A DNA stretch of 64,000 nt, taken from assembly GCA_965204375.1 (NCBI GenBank), contig OZ241986.1:4672001-4736000 (forward strand), in the 5' to 3' direction. Within the stretch, counting starts at the first letter, position 1. Each line of letters opens with the position of its first letter. The translations under genes and the position numbers were made by a program. The notes beneath the pieces are model-generated. The model was not told where the DNA came from. It did not search any database and worked only from the letters and a program-made list of their open reading frames with translations. Source of the DNA: Candidatus Latescibacterota bacterium. GTDB taxonomy: Bacteria > Latescibacterota > UBA2968. Shown piece by piece: positions 40,865 through 50,984 of this stretch.

Positions 40865-42271
40865 TTATGAAATAGGGACACTGCGTCCCCTTTTTTTGTA
40901 CTGGTTGAGCAGGTCGGTCAATTGCGATACGATTTCAGGGTGTTGCGCGTAGAGGTTTTCGCGTTCTCGGTAGCCGGTTTCCATGTCGTAGAGTTGGCCG
41001 GGGGCATCATCTGGCGGGTCGTCGGGATAATCATTGCCGCCGGAGCTTTGATGGAGGAGCAATTTCCATTTGCCATAGCGGATGGCAAATTCGCCTTTGG
41101 AAGAATGGTGTACGGTGGCTTCGCGGATGGATGTCGCGTTCTGGCTCGTGAGAGCGGATAAGATACTGCAACTGTCTTCGCCAGCATTTTCGGGAAGGGT
41201 ATGGCCGACAATGTCGGCGGCTGTTGCGATGAGGTCTGTGAGACATACGATTTCGTCGCTGAAGGATCTGGCTGCGACTTTTTCAGGCCAGCGGGCGATG
41301 AAGGGGATGCGATGTCCGCCTTCCCAGTTGTCGCGTTTGCAGCCGCGGAAGTGATAGGCGCTGTAGTGGTTGTATTCTTGTTTTCGCGCGTGCATAAAGC
41401 GTTCGGGTCCGTTGTCGCTGGTGACGATAAAGAGGGTGTTGTCGGTGGCGCCAGCTTTTTCAACGGCGTCCATGATCTGCCCAACTGCCCAGTCGCATTC
41501 GACGACGAAGTCGCCGTATTTGCCGGCCTGGCTTTTGCCTGTGAATGCTTTGTTTGGCGCGATGGGTGTGTGCGGGCCGGTTACGGGATAGTAGAGAAAA
41601 AAGGGCTGTTTGTCTGCTGCGGTTTCTTCGATAAAGGAGACCGCTTTTTTTGTGAGGTCCGGGATGACGTGTTCGGGTTTGAGGCCCGGGGCAGCGTGTC
41701 CCTCGCGTCCAAAGAGGCCTCTGGGAGCGCGGGCTGTTGGCTCGCAGATTGTGCGGTTGTTTTCGAGATAGACATAGGGCGGCATGTCCAGGGATGCGGA
41801 GATGCCGTAAAAATAGTCGAATCCGAGGTCGCACGGTCCGCCGGTAAATGGTTGGGTGAAGTCTATGGCTTCGCCGCGGTTCCATCCCAGTCTGTAGTCT
41901 TCGAGGCGTTGGACGCCTTTTTTGCGTGTCCAGTTTAACCCGACATGCCATTTGCCGATGCAAGCGGTGTGATATCCGTGTTGTTTGAGCAGTGATGCGA
42001 CGGTCAAGCGGTCGGGTTCGATGAGGGGTTCTGAGTATCCGTTGAGGACGCCATTTTGCAATCGGGTGCGCCAGCAATAGCGTCCGGTTAAGACGCCGTA
42101 GCGCGAAGGAGAGCATACGGCTGAGCAGGAGTGAACATCGGTGAAGCACATACCTTCAGCGGATAGGCGGTCGATATTGGGGGTTTGGATTTTGGATTCG
42201 GGATTGAGGTAGGAGATGTCTCCGTAACCGAGGTCGTCAAAGAAGATATAGACGATGTTGGGATTGGGCAT
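40865..42271 (-). CDS. Arylsulfatase
   Basis: DDLGYGD, CSPSRYGVLTGRY, GKWHVG, WEGGHRIP. Confidence 0.93.
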   Translation of the reverse strand: MPNPNIVYIFFDDLGYGDISYLNPESKIQTPNIDRLSAEGMCFTDVHSCSAVCSPSRYGVLTGRYCWRTRLQNGVLNGYSEPLIEPDRLTVASLLKQHGYHTACIGKWHVGLNWTRKKGVQRLEDYRLGWNRGEAIDFTQPFTGGPCDLGFDYFYGISASLDMPPYVYLENNRTICEPTARAPRGLFGREGHAAPGLKPEHVIPDLTKKAVSFIEETAADKQPFFLYYPVTGPHTPIAPNKAFTGKSQAGKYGDFVVECDWAVGQIMDAVEKAGATDNTLFIVTSDNGPERFMHARKQEYNHYSAYHFRGCKRDNWEGGHRIPFIARWPEKVAARSFSDEIVCLTDLIATAADIVGHTLPENAGEDSCSILSALTSQNATSIREATVHHSSKGEFAIRYGKWKLLLHQSSGGNDYPDDPPDDAPGQLYDMETGYRERENLYAQHPEIVSQLTDLLNQYKKRGRSVPIS

Positions 42272-42298
42272 TGGGGTCTCCGGTTGGTTGTATAAGGT

Positions 42299-43375
42299 TT
42301 ATTCGGCGGGCGCAATGAAGATTTTGTCGCCCTCCTTACACCCAAGTGTCTTTGAGGCGTTCTCGTGGTTGCGAGCAATCCTCAAGCGACCTTCCGCTGT
42401 CAGGAATGCAACCCACTCTCCCCGTGGCACGTCTCCATAGGTGGTGGCAAGCAATACTGTGAACGTCTGCGCCCCATAGCTGACCTGAAAACGGGTTTTG
42501 GGGGAGATGCCAAGTTGCTGCAGGTCGCCCTCAATAAATTCGGTGTTGATGTTGCCGTAGGTCGAGGAGAGACTCTCTATCTTTGTGTAAGCCCCACCGT
42601 CCTTAAATTCTGCAGACGACACATGGTCCGGAGCGATGGTCGCATCTTTGTCTCGTTCAATCGTGCCGGTGTCCAGATAGGCGTCGAGTGCATGCAACGC
42701 GGTTTCCCGTTCGATCTCTCTGAGATTAACGTGTCCGTCGCGTGCCACAGACCAGAATACTGGCACACTCGGTGCTTTTGCCGCTTTCTGGATATACGCC
42801 TGGGGTCCCTTCGCTTCACTCTGGTTACTGACGAAGAGCAACGGGAGACGTGGGGTATAACGCCATTCGTGGGGGTGCTCTGCATCTCGCACTTGCAGTG
42901 CTGCTCCCAACGCAAGCAAGCCGTCATAACCTTCGGGAGCGGTCTCGGCGATTAGGGTCACGATCGCACCGCCCATTGAGCTACCCTGTACAAGCAGACG
43001 TTTGGGCGTGCCATAGGTTTGGACAATGTGCTGGCGTAGCAGTTCGATGTCCGCTACCGCATCAACGACGATCGCTCCGTTGCGGCGGTAGCTGGTAGAT
43101 GCGATCATCCAGCCATCGGCAAGCAAATGCTGGTACGTGGGTGACTCTGTGCGAAATTCGGCGCTCAAGGGCGCATTTTCGGGGCGATATCCGTGTGCCA
43201 GTAGCAGGAGTTTCCCGTTCCAGGACTCCGGCACGGCGATGACGAATTTTGACTGCTGGAGTTGGCCTGCTTCGGTGCGAAACTTAACGGCCTCTGCGGC
43301 TGGGGCGAGCAGTCCTCCGGAGAGCAGGAAACAGCATATCCCTTGCACGAGTGTTGAACGGTAGATCCTTTTCAT
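42299..43375 (-). CDS. Secreted alpha/beta hydrolase fused to a SAM hydroxide adenosyltransferase (DUF62) C-terminal-like domain
   Basis: Signal peptide, WNGKLLLLAHGY, GSSMGG nucleophile elbow; C-terminal YGNINT...TYGDVPRGE...G.LRIARN..NAS..LG. Confidence 0.7.
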   Translation of the reverse strand: MKRIYRSTLVQGICCFLLSGGLLAPAAEAVKFRTEAGQLQQSKFVIAVPESWNGKLLLLAHGYRPENAPLSAEFRTESPTYQHLLADGWMIASTSYRRNGAIVVDAVADIELLRQHIVQTYGTPKRLLVQGSSMGGAIVTLIAETAPEGYDGLLALGAALQVRDAEHPHEWRYTPRLPLLFVSNQSEAKGPQAYIQKAAKAPSVPVFWSVARDGHVNLREIERETALHALDAYLDTGTIERDKDATIAPDHVSSAEFKDGGAYTKIESLSSTYGNINTEFIEGDLQQLGISPKTRFQVSYGAQTFTVLLATTYGDVPRGEWVAFLTAEGRLRIARNHENASKTLGCKEGDKIFIAPAE

Positions 43376-44586
43376 GATGGCTCCTTGAAGGTTCCAATGG
43401 TGTTCTGATCAGTATCATCCTGTTCGTTGAGGATTTGCTTTTGGAGGTATTCGGGCAATTTGAGGACGCGCTGGAAGTAGGTGGGTTCGTCAAAGCGCAG
43501 GTTGTTGTTTTTGAAGAGGGGACGGTCTGTGTCGCGGCTGAGATCGCAGTCGAATCGGGCGAGGATGGATTCGCTCATGCTACCCCCGCCGTCCGGGTTG
43601 ATGTGGCACAGTCCCCAGGTGATGCCGCGGCCGTCGCCGTTGTCGGCAAATGCGTCGGGTACAAAGGGTCCGGGCGCGACGGGGGGTACCTGGAGCAGGG
43701 ATTTCATTTCGAAATGGAGGCCGTCTGGCGCGTATTGTACGGTGTTTTTTTCGGGTCCGTCCAGGCTGACGATTGCGGCGATGCCTTCTTTGTAGGGCCA
43801 GAGACAGGTCTCGTGACCGGAGTTGAGGACGGGGTTTAGCGGTGATTTTTTGTATGGTCCTTCCGGACGGTCGGCTATGGCAACGCCCTGGGCGCGGATG
43901 ATGTTTGCGCCGCCGCGTTTTTGACCAGGCGAGCCTTTGTAATACATATAGACTTTGCCTTTGTAGATGAGGGGGAAGGGGTCGTGTACGCAGTTGCAGT
44001 CCCAGTCGTCGGGGCCGCCGGGTTCCACAATGGGTCTGCCCAGTCGCGTCCATGGTCCATGGGGAGAATCGGCGATGGCGATGGTGACGGGGCACGAATC
44101 ACCGCCCTGAATGACTTCGCTGTATGCCTGGTGGTAGAGGTAGTATTTGTTTTTCCAGACGAGGATGTCGGGGGTGCAGTTTGAGCGCCAGCCAAATTCG
44201 CCTTTTGGTGGGCGGGTGGCGGCTGGTCCCTGTTCTTCCCAGTGAAAGCCGTCTTCGCTCGTGGCATACCAGATGTCTGCGAGGTCCCAATCGACAGAGG
44301 GGATGTCGTCGGTGGCGTTTTCGTGTCCGACGGGCGGGCCTTTTGTGCGTCGGCATGTGTACCAGACGTAATAGGTGCCGTCGATGCGGAGGACTTTGGA
44401 TGGGTCGCGGCGGGAGACGTTGGGTTCTCGCGAGAATCCCTTGAGGGGGGAGTATTTGAAGTTGCTGAAGAATTCATTGCCGCGGTCTTCATGGGGATTC
44501 CATATATCGTACATGCGTTCCATCGAGGCGCTGAGTTCGCGATCCGGTTTTTCAAGTGGCAGTTTAGCGGGGAAGGGTGATGGCAT
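43372..44586 (-). CDS. Glycoside hydrolase family 117-like (3,6-anhydro-L-galactosidase family)
   Basis: SRRDPSKV, YYVWYT, WDLADIWYATS, TPDIL, HDP, YMYYKG, NSGHET. Confidence 0.85.
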   Translation of the reverse strand: MPSPFPAKLPLEKPDRELSASMERMYDIWNPHEDRGNEFFSNFKYSPLKGFSREPNVSRRDPSKVLRIDGTYYVWYTCRRTKGPPVGHENATDDIPSVDWDLADIWYATSEDGFHWEEQGPAATRPPKGEFGWRSNCTPDILVWKNKYYLYHQAYSEVIQGGDSCPVTIAIADSPHGPWTRLGRPIVEPGGPDDWDCNCVHDPFPLIYKGKVYMYYKGSPGQKRGGANIIRAQGVAIADRPEGPYKKSPLNPVLNSGHETCLWPYKEGIAAIVSLDGPEKNTVQYAPDGLHFEMKSLLQVPPVAPGPFVPDAFADNGDGRGITWGLCHINPDGGGSMSESILARFDCDLSRDTDRPLFKNNNLRFDEPTYFQRVLKLPEYLQKQILNEQDDTDQNTIGTFKEPS

Positions 44587-44648
44587 AGGTAGTCCTTGAT
44601 GAAGAGGTGTTCGGTAGGACTGAAGGAGACATCGGCATAGATGTCCGG

Positions 44649-45257
44649 TTACTTGGCTTTTTCGTTCAAGGTATCAACGAGTCGTTCCGCATGGGGCGAT
44701 GCCTCGATCACTTTTTTGGGGTCAATCTGCTCGAGGATATCGAACGAATGCTGTCCCTTTTCGTATTCTCCTTTTGAAACACGCGAACGTGTCGCGTTTT
44801 TTAGGCCGTTCGATACATCGTTTTTTGCAATGTTTTCAATATCCTGACGGGCGGGAAGCGCGTTCTGGTTAAAGTCGTCTCCGTAGTACTCCGCCAGGCT
44901 GCCCTTGTCGGCAAGGAACCACGCCTCCATGCACTGCACCATCAGATGTACCTGATCGTCCGTAGCCCCCGATGGCTGGTCCCAATTATCGCGCGCTTTC
45001 AGGTGTTGCCAGGGGCTGGATCCCGCTACCACGGGTCCTTCGCTGTCAACCAACAGCACGATGAAATCATCTCTCCCGGACTCGTGGAGCGCCTGACAAA
45101 AATCCTTGAAGGCATCTCCCCGACTACCACTTGCGACTATGCGCGGCATTCGGCCTTCCAGGCCAGCCTTGCTAAAAAATTTGCTGAAATCCTGGCGACA
45201 CTTTGTCCTCAACAAATTCGTTTCCCCGCCACCTTCGACAAAAACTTTGATATTCAC
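44649..45257 (-). CDS. DUF4276 family protein (TOPRIM-like)
   Basis: KVFVEGGG, LLVDSEG, MVQCMEAWFLAD; GTG start overlaps the ATPase stop. Confidence 0.8.
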   Translation of the reverse strand: MNIKVFVEGGGETNLLRTKCRQDFSKFFSKAGLEGRMPRIVASGSRGDAFKDFCQALHESGRDDFIVLLVDSEGPVVAGSSPWQHLKARDNWDQPSGATDDQVHLMVQCMEAWFLADKGSLAEYYGDDFNQNALPARQDIENIAKNDVSNGLKNATRSRVSKGEYEKGQHSFDILEQIDPKKVIEASPHAERLVDTLNEKAK

Positions 45258-46438
45258 CAGCGGTTCCCTCCCAAGTCGCCTCTGGTCCACAAGTCCCCAA
45301 GGCTATAACGCTTCAACCACTCGGCAAGGTCGGCTTTGTCAAGCCGATGCATTTCCGTCTTGCCGTCGTGCTTTTCACAGACTACGACGCTCTCCGGTGT
45401 ATCGGTCAGGGTGTCCACAAGCCTATCAGAGTGTGTTGTGACGATAAGCTGACACCTTTGGGATGCCTCGCGCAATAGATCGCCGAGGGCTGGCAGAACG
45501 TCGGGATGCAGGCCCAGTTCCGGCTCTTCAATACAGACCAGTGGTGGGGGATTCGGGTGGCAAAGGATAGCCAGCAGGCACAAAAAGCGCAGCGTGCCAT
45601 CGGATAATCGCGTTGCCGGAACCATGATACTTCCTTCTTGGGCAAAGACCTGAACCGTTCCACCTTCAAGACTGATATCCAGGTCAATCACGCCTTCGTA
45701 GAGTTGGCGCATGGTTTCCAGAATCCGATCCTTGACCTCTGGCTCCCGCTTCAACCGATTCAGAATCAGTCCCAGGTTTCTACCATCTTCGAGCAAAAAA
45801 TCGTTGGGCAGATCGGCGGGTTGCGGTTGACGCGGCGGCGTGCGGCGACCAAAGGAACTCTCGCGGTAGAGTCGCATGCGGTTGAATGTTTCGCCAAGCC
45901 ACGTCAATTCTGGGTAGTGGTCTGGGTCCTTCCGCTGTGCAAGAATGGATTGCTGCGGATCGATCTCTTCCAAGCGTAACTGACGCTGCGTCTCACCTGT
46001 GTTGTCCGGGTCACCTCTGTAGTTCAGAGTGGCGCGACCACTGTGCAACTCGTAATAGAGATAGGGCCTTGCGTAGCTGGAGGAGTGTGCTTCTTTGTTT
46101 TCTATCCGCTCTTCTATCAACTCGAACTGCTGGCCCCTCTCTGCGAATCCGAGAGAATATCGCAGTGCTGACCCCTTTGGGTTCCTCAGAATCACTTCGA
46201 TATGGGCCGATGGGGTCAGGGGATCACCTCGCCAAGTCCAGTCGCGGATGCCTCCACCTTCCCGAATTGGGGCGGTGAGGTCCCTGGGTGTAGCCTTTAG
46301 CAGACCAATCGCCTCGATAAGATTGGACTTCCCGGAGCCATTGGGGCCGATAAGAACATTCAAGGGACGAAGTTCCAGTGCTTCGGTATCGGGCCCAAAC
46401 GAGAGAAAATTTTCCAGTTTGATATGCTCTATAAACAT
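45254..46438 (-). CDS. ABC/SMC-like AAA ATPase
   Basis: GPNGSGKSN, LSDGTLR, IEEPELGLHP, TTHS. Confidence 0.9.
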   Translation of the reverse strand: MFIEHIKLENFLSFGPDTEALELRPLNVLIGPNGSGKSNLIEAIGLLKATPRDLTAPIREGGGIRDWTWRGDPLTPSAHIEVILRNPKGSALRYSLGFAERGQQFELIEERIENKEAHSSSYARPYLYYELHSGRATLNYRGDPDNTGETQRQLRLEEIDPQQSILAQRKDPDHYPELTWLGETFNRMRLYRESSFGRRTPPRQPQPADLPNDFLLEDGRNLGLILNRLKREPEVKDRILETMRQLYEGVIDLDISLEGGTVQVFAQEGSIMVPATRLSDGTLRFLCLLAILCHPNPPPLVCIEEPELGLHPDVLPALGDLLREASQRCQLIVTTHSDRLVDTLTDTPESVVVCEKHDGKTEMHRLDKADLAEWLKRYSLGDLWTRGDLGGNRW

Positions 46439-46473
46439 ATTTCGTCCTTATTTCGTTAAGTCCCTATATCAAT

Positions 46474-47103
46474 CTACGGAATGAAGAGATCCTGTGTTTC
46501 GAAGCCGAAGAAATAGTCGAAAGCCATCGAAAACGGATAGATGAGGGCTTCGTACCAGTTTAGACCGGTAGCGTCTTCAACTGCCCAGGGTTGTACTATC
46601 CAACGAAATATAAAAAGGTAAATTACCATAGCAAGCCCTTGTTTGAATGCAAAAAGAAATACTATCCGTATGATAGCATTGACCTTCGTTGATTTGGTAT
46701 CAAAAACATAATCCAGAATTTCTTCAAATAGGCTCATATTGCGGCTTATTTCGTCATCAATCATTTTCTCTAAATTTCCACCATATCGCCAAATATATCG
46801 CCAAATATACGGGAAATATTTAAAAAAATTATACAGTCCTTGCAATACGGACGCCAGGTAAATACTACACACACAAAAATAGACATTGTCCTTATCGAGG
46901 AAGGTAGGCGCAACATATACAGAAAAAGATAATAAAATGACATTGATAATGGCGTTTGAGCAGAATTCTGTAAAGATAGCCTTGAGTGACTTTTCTATTC
47001 TATCTTTTACTTCTTCTTCTATTATAACGGGCACTATCTTTTTTATTATAACGGGCACTATCTTTTTAGCACACATAATCGCGAAAGGCAACAGAAAATT
47101 CAT
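46474..47103 (-). CDS. Hypothetical membrane protein
   Basis: AT-rich ORF with several hydrophobic segments; start MNFLL. Confidence 0.65.
   Translation of the reverse strand: MNFLLPFAIMCAKKIVPVIIKKIVPVIIEEEVKDRIEKSLKAIFTEFCSNAIINVILLSFSVYVAPTFLDKDNVYFCVCSIYLASVLQGLYNFFKYFPYIWRYIWRYGGNLEKMIDDEISRNMSLFEEILDYVFDTKSTKVNAIIRIVFLFAFKQGLAMVIYLFIFRWIVQPWAVEDATGLNWYEALIYPFSMAFDYFFGFETQDLFIP
47020..47067. repeat. 24-bp perfect tandem duplication
   Basis: tattataacgggcactatcttttt x2, encoding KKIVPVII x2. Confidence 0.9.
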
Positions 47104-47126
47104 TGGACTTTTCCTTTCATTGATTT

Positions 47127-48659
47127 CTATCTCTGATGATAAATGTCCAATAATTTTTCGGAGAGCGATTCGACGAGGTGGCTGTGTTGTTCCGATGTGA
47201 TGAGGTTCTGGCGTTCGTCTTCTGTGGGGTTGTCTTTTAAGTTGAAGAGGGCGTGGTGTTTTAGTTCGTCTTCTGTAATGAGTTCTTGTCCGACGATCAG
47301 TTTCCAATCGCCATCTCGCAGCGAGAGCATAGGGCCCATGATGTAGTCGTCGTGGAGGACGAGGGGATGGGGTTCAAATTCGTCGTCTTTCAGGCCGGTG
47401 AGAAAGGGCGCGATGCTGGTGCTGTCTTCGGCAAATCCCGCGCGTGAGGATGTTTTGACGCCGACGAGGTCTGCGATGGACAAGATGAGGTCGTTGAGTC
47501 CATACGTGATGTGGCTTGTGCGCCCGGGTGTCGCGTCGTTGCCGTCGCCGATGTTGCCCTGTTTCCAGAAGGCGATGGTGGGCACGCGATGGCCGCCTTC
47601 GTGGATGTGGGCTTTGCGGCCGCGGTAGTAGCCGCTGGATTCTTTGCCCGCGTTTTCTGCGCCGTTGTCGCTGGAGAAGATGAAGAGGGTGTTGTCGATG
47701 AGTTTGTGGCCGGGGTTGCGCGGGTCGTCGTGGGTTTCGAGGTAGGTGAGCAATTGGCCGACTGCGACGTCGTTTTCGTAAATGAAGTCGAGGCGTTCGG
47801 GCGTGTTGTGCTCGCAGCCGCCGACCTGGTCGCGCTGTTTGCCCCATTCGGTACTTTCCCAGCCGTTGGGATCGTTGGTGGTTGCGTGTGGCCGCGAGAG
47901 TTCGCGCTTGCCGTTTTTGAAGTGCGCCTGTCCCGCGATGGGTACGCCGTTGAGTGCGTCGCACGGCGTGTGGGGTGTGTGATTGGAATTGGCGGCGTAG
48001 TAGAGGAAGAAGGGGTGTTGTTTTGTGTCTTCTGTGAGATGATCATCGAGAAAGCCGACGGCGTGCTGGAAGTTCATCGGTCCGGTTTTGTACAGGTCGT
48101 AACCCGCGATGTCGTGAGGGCTTTTGCCGGTTGCGCCGATGCAGCGGCGGTTTTCGATCCAGCCCGCATTGGCAGAGGTTCCATGGCTTCGGTTGGTGAT
48201 GAAGTGGTAATCAAAGCCGTGTTCTTCGGGGCAGTCGGTCAGGGGTTGGCGCACGTCTGCGTCGTCCCATCCCTCGGCGGGTGAGCCATCGGATTTTGTG
48301 TAGGTCAGGCCCACGTGCCATTTTCCCGAGATGCCCGTGCGGTATCCGGCTTCTTTGAGGATGGTGGCGAGTGTGGGGCGTTCTTTTTCTATGAGGGGCG
48401 GATAGTGGGGACCAAAGGCGACTTTGTGTTTGAGTTGCGTGCGCCAGCAATAGCGTCCGGTGAGGAGGGCGTAGCGCGTGGGGGTGCAGACGGTTGATGG
48501 GGTGTGGGCATCGGTAAAGCGCACGCCCAGGCGCGCAAGGCGTTCCAGGCTGGGGGTGTGGAGTTGTTCGTCGTCGCGATTGCCGGTCCAGTCCTGATAC
48601 GCGCTGGTGTCGCCGGTGCCCATGTCATCGACGAGGAATATGATGATGTTGGGGTGCAT
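47127..48659 (-). CDS. Sulfatase
   Basis: VDDMGTGD, CTPTRYALLTGRY, GKWHVG, HEGGHRVP. Confidence 0.92.
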   Translation of the reverse strand: MHPNIIIFLVDDMGTGDTSAYQDWTGNRDDEQLHTPSLERLARLGVRFTDAHTPSTVCTPTRYALLTGRYCWRTQLKHKVAFGPHYPPLIEKERPTLATILKEAGYRTGISGKWHVGLTYTKSDGSPAEGWDDADVRQPLTDCPEEHGFDYHFITNRSHGTSANAGWIENRRCIGATGKSPHDIAGYDLYKTGPMNFQHAVGFLDDHLTEDTKQHPFFLYYAANSNHTPHTPCDALNGVPIAGQAHFKNGKRELSRPHATTNDPNGWESTEWGKQRDQVGGCEHNTPERLDFIYENDVAVGQLLTYLETHDDPRNPGHKLIDNTLFIFSSDNGAENAGKESSGYYRGRKAHIHEGGHRVPTIAFWKQGNIGDGNDATPGRTSHITYGLNDLILSIADLVGVKTSSRAGFAEDSTSIAPFLTGLKDDEFEPHPLVLHDDYIMGPMLSLRDGDWKLIVGQELITEDELKHHALFNLKDNPTEDERQNLITSEQHSHLVESLSEKLLDIYHQR

Positions 48660-48746
48660 AGATGTTCCTTTTTCTTGTCCACGAAGAACACGGAGCGGTG
48701 TACAACTGGCCGCCTCTCAGGCCAGTTCACGACACGAAGGGGAAAA

Positions 48747-50981
48747 TCATTTCATGTCGAGGAGTTGGATGCTGAGATAAGAGGGTCGTTGAGAGGGTAA
48801 GAGGATGGCGCAGATTGTACTTTTGCCATGGATCAGGAGGTCGCGTTCGTCGGGATGGAGCAGGGCGCAGGTTTCCGATATGGGTGCGGCGTGTTGCCTG
48901 ACGCGGAGGCTGCGGATGAGTTGGCCGTTGATGAAGATCTGGCAGTCGGCAGATGAGGTGACGTAGAATAGGGGTTTATTGGGGCGCTGGTTCAGGTCGA
49001 TGGTGGTGCGGAGATAGATGGGCACGTCCGATGTGGTCCCTTCTGTTGTGCCAAAAGGGCCTTTGCCCGAGTTCCAGGATGCATCGTCGAAGAGGATTTG
49101 ACACCAGTCGCCGCCGCAGTTTGGCAGATTGGCGCGGGGCGAGGTGTGTATGGCGGGGAGCGTGGATACGTCGTCCGTGCTGTATCGCCATTCGGTGTGG
49201 GGACCGATGATGGTTTCAAATTGCGGGGGATTCCAGAGTGTGGCGTGGATGTTGCCGAGTTCGTCGGGGGCGATTTTGGAGATTTTGCGGTCGTAGGTGA
49301 GCCAGCCGTTGAGTTCGTGTTCGACGTCGGTGATCTGGGTATATACGACGCCGTTGAGGGGCGTGAGGCCGACCATTGCGCGGAGGTTTTCTACCCAGAA
49401 GCGATAGTCGTGTTCCATCGCTTGAGGCGTCGGATATGTGGGGCGGGTGATGTCGTTGATGTGGTCGATGTGTTCGGATGGTTTTTCGTGGTCGTACCAG
49501 GTGTGTCCCGGGATGCAGAGGTTGAATCCGCCCGCTTCGCCCAGAAGGACGATGCGGTCATTGGCGCTTTGTTGTTGCGCTGTGGCCGGGTAGAAGGTGT
49601 AGTCGTGTATATCGCAGATGTCGCCCGTGCCCATGTCGGCCCAGCCGCTGGCACTGGTGACGAGGCGCGAGGGGTCGCGTTGTGCGACGTGGTCAGTGAG
49701 GCGTTCGGTGTCGTGCTGGCCCCAGCCTTCGTTGAAGATGATCCACTGGACAACACTGGGATGGTTGTGCAGCCAGTCCATGATGTTGTCAAATTCGGTC
49801 TGCCATTGTTGTGCGGCTTCGGGGGTGACGTTTTGTCCGAATTTGGGCATGCAGACCATGTCTTGCCAGACCAATAGGCCGAGCCGGTCGCAGTGATAGT
49901 ACCAGCGGTCGGGATGGGTTTTGACGTGTACGCGCACCATGTTGCAGGCGATTTGTTTCAGGTACTGGAGGTCGAAGAGGATGGCTTCGTCAGATGGTGG
50001 GGTGAGGATGCCGTCGGGCCAATAGCCCTGGTCCAGGGGACCGAGTTGAAAGATGGGTTTGTCGTTGAGGTGAAAGCGTTTGATGCCGTTTTCGTCTTCG
50101 CCGATGGCTATTTTTCGCATGCCAAAGTAGCTGTCGATTGTGTCGATGGTTTCGCCGTTGTGCTGTACTCTGACTTTGAGGTCGTAGAGGAAGGGGTGGT
50201 CCGGATGCCAGAGTTTTGCGTTTGGGATGTCGAGGGAGATGGTGCGGTCGGCCCGTCCGGTTGCTTCGGCGATTTGCCGGTTGCCGTCATAGGCGATTGT
50301 TTGAATTTGGCAATTCTCTAACCTTTCACCTGAGACAGTAATATCTATCTTTTCAGCGTCTATATCGGGTGTGAGGCGAAGGGTGCGGATGGATTGCTCT
50401 GGTACGGCTTCGAGCCAGACGGTTTGCCAGATGCCGCCGGTGGGTTGATACCGAAATCCCTGGCGGTTTTCCGGCATGATTTGTTTGCCAAGGGCCTGCG
50501 GGTGTTGCTCGGTGGCGTCCCAGCAAGAGACGATGAGTTCGTTCGCGCCGTCTGTTAAATGGTCGGTGATGTCAAAGGTGAAGGGGTCGTATCCGCCGCG
50601 GTGTTGTCCCGCGTTCTCGCCGTTGATATAGACGCTGGTTTCCCAGTCGGATGCCTGAAAATGGAGGAGTACGCGTTTGCCCGCCCATGCGTCGGGAATG
50701 GTAATATTTCGGCGGTACCAGAGACGCTGGTTCGGGCGGAGGATTTCCATGATGCCCGAGAGGGGGGCGTCTATGGCAAAGGGTACGAGGATTTGTCCCT
50801 GCCAGACATCAGGTGCGCTGGTGGTGCCGATGGGTTCGAGAGCGTAGTCCCATAGGCCGTTGAGGTTTTGCCAGTGTTGGCGCACCATTTGAGGGCGCGG
50901 GTGTTCTGGCAGGGCGTTATCGGGGGAGACGTTTTCCGCAAAAGGCGTTGAGATGTGTTTGGTCACGGGGGTCCAGGTCAT
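48747..50981 (-). CDS. Glycoside hydrolase family 2
   Basis: PRPQMVR..WQNLNGLW, HRGGYDPF, GIWQTVWLE, LDQGYWPDG, HNHPSVVQWIIFNEGWGQ, YTQITDVEHE. Confidence 0.9.
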   Translation of the reverse strand: MTWTPVTKHISTPFAENVSPDNALPEHPRPQMVRQHWQNLNGLWDYALEPIGTTSAPDVWQGQILVPFAIDAPLSGIMEILRPNQRLWYRRNITIPDAWAGKRVLLHFQASDWETSVYINGENAGQHRGGYDPFTFDITDHLTDGANELIVSCWDATEQHPQALGKQIMPENRQGFRYQPTGGIWQTVWLEAVPEQSIRTLRLTPDIDAEKIDITVSGERLENCQIQTIAYDGNRQIAEATGRADRTISLDIPNAKLWHPDHPFLYDLKVRVQHNGETIDTIDSYFGMRKIAIGEDENGIKRFHLNDKPIFQLGPLDQGYWPDGILTPPSDEAILFDLQYLKQIACNMVRVHVKTHPDRWYYHCDRLGLLVWQDMVCMPKFGQNVTPEAAQQWQTEFDNIMDWLHNHPSVVQWIIFNEGWGQHDTERLTDHVAQRDPSRLVTSASGWADMGTGDICDIHDYTFYPATAQQQSANDRIVLLGEAGGFNLCIPGHTWYDHEKPSEHIDHINDITRPTYPTPQAMEHDYRFWVENLRAMVGLTPLNGVVYTQITDVEHELNGWLTYDRKISKIAPDELGNIHATLWNPPQFETIIGPHTEWRYSTDDVSTLPAIHTSPRANLPNCGGDWCQILFDDASWNSGKGPFGTTEGTTSDVPIYLRTTIDLNQRPNKPLFYVTSSADCQIFINGQLIRSLRVRQHAAPISETCALLHPDERDLLIHGKSTICAILLPSQRPSYLSIQLLDMK

Positions 50982-50984
50982 CTC

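Noticed and set aside
44590-44648. Possible duplicated sulfatase 3' end (GGACATCTAT versus GGACATTTAT) bounding the 44649-47103 insertion
   Set aside because: Only about 10 bp of similarity, consistent with chance
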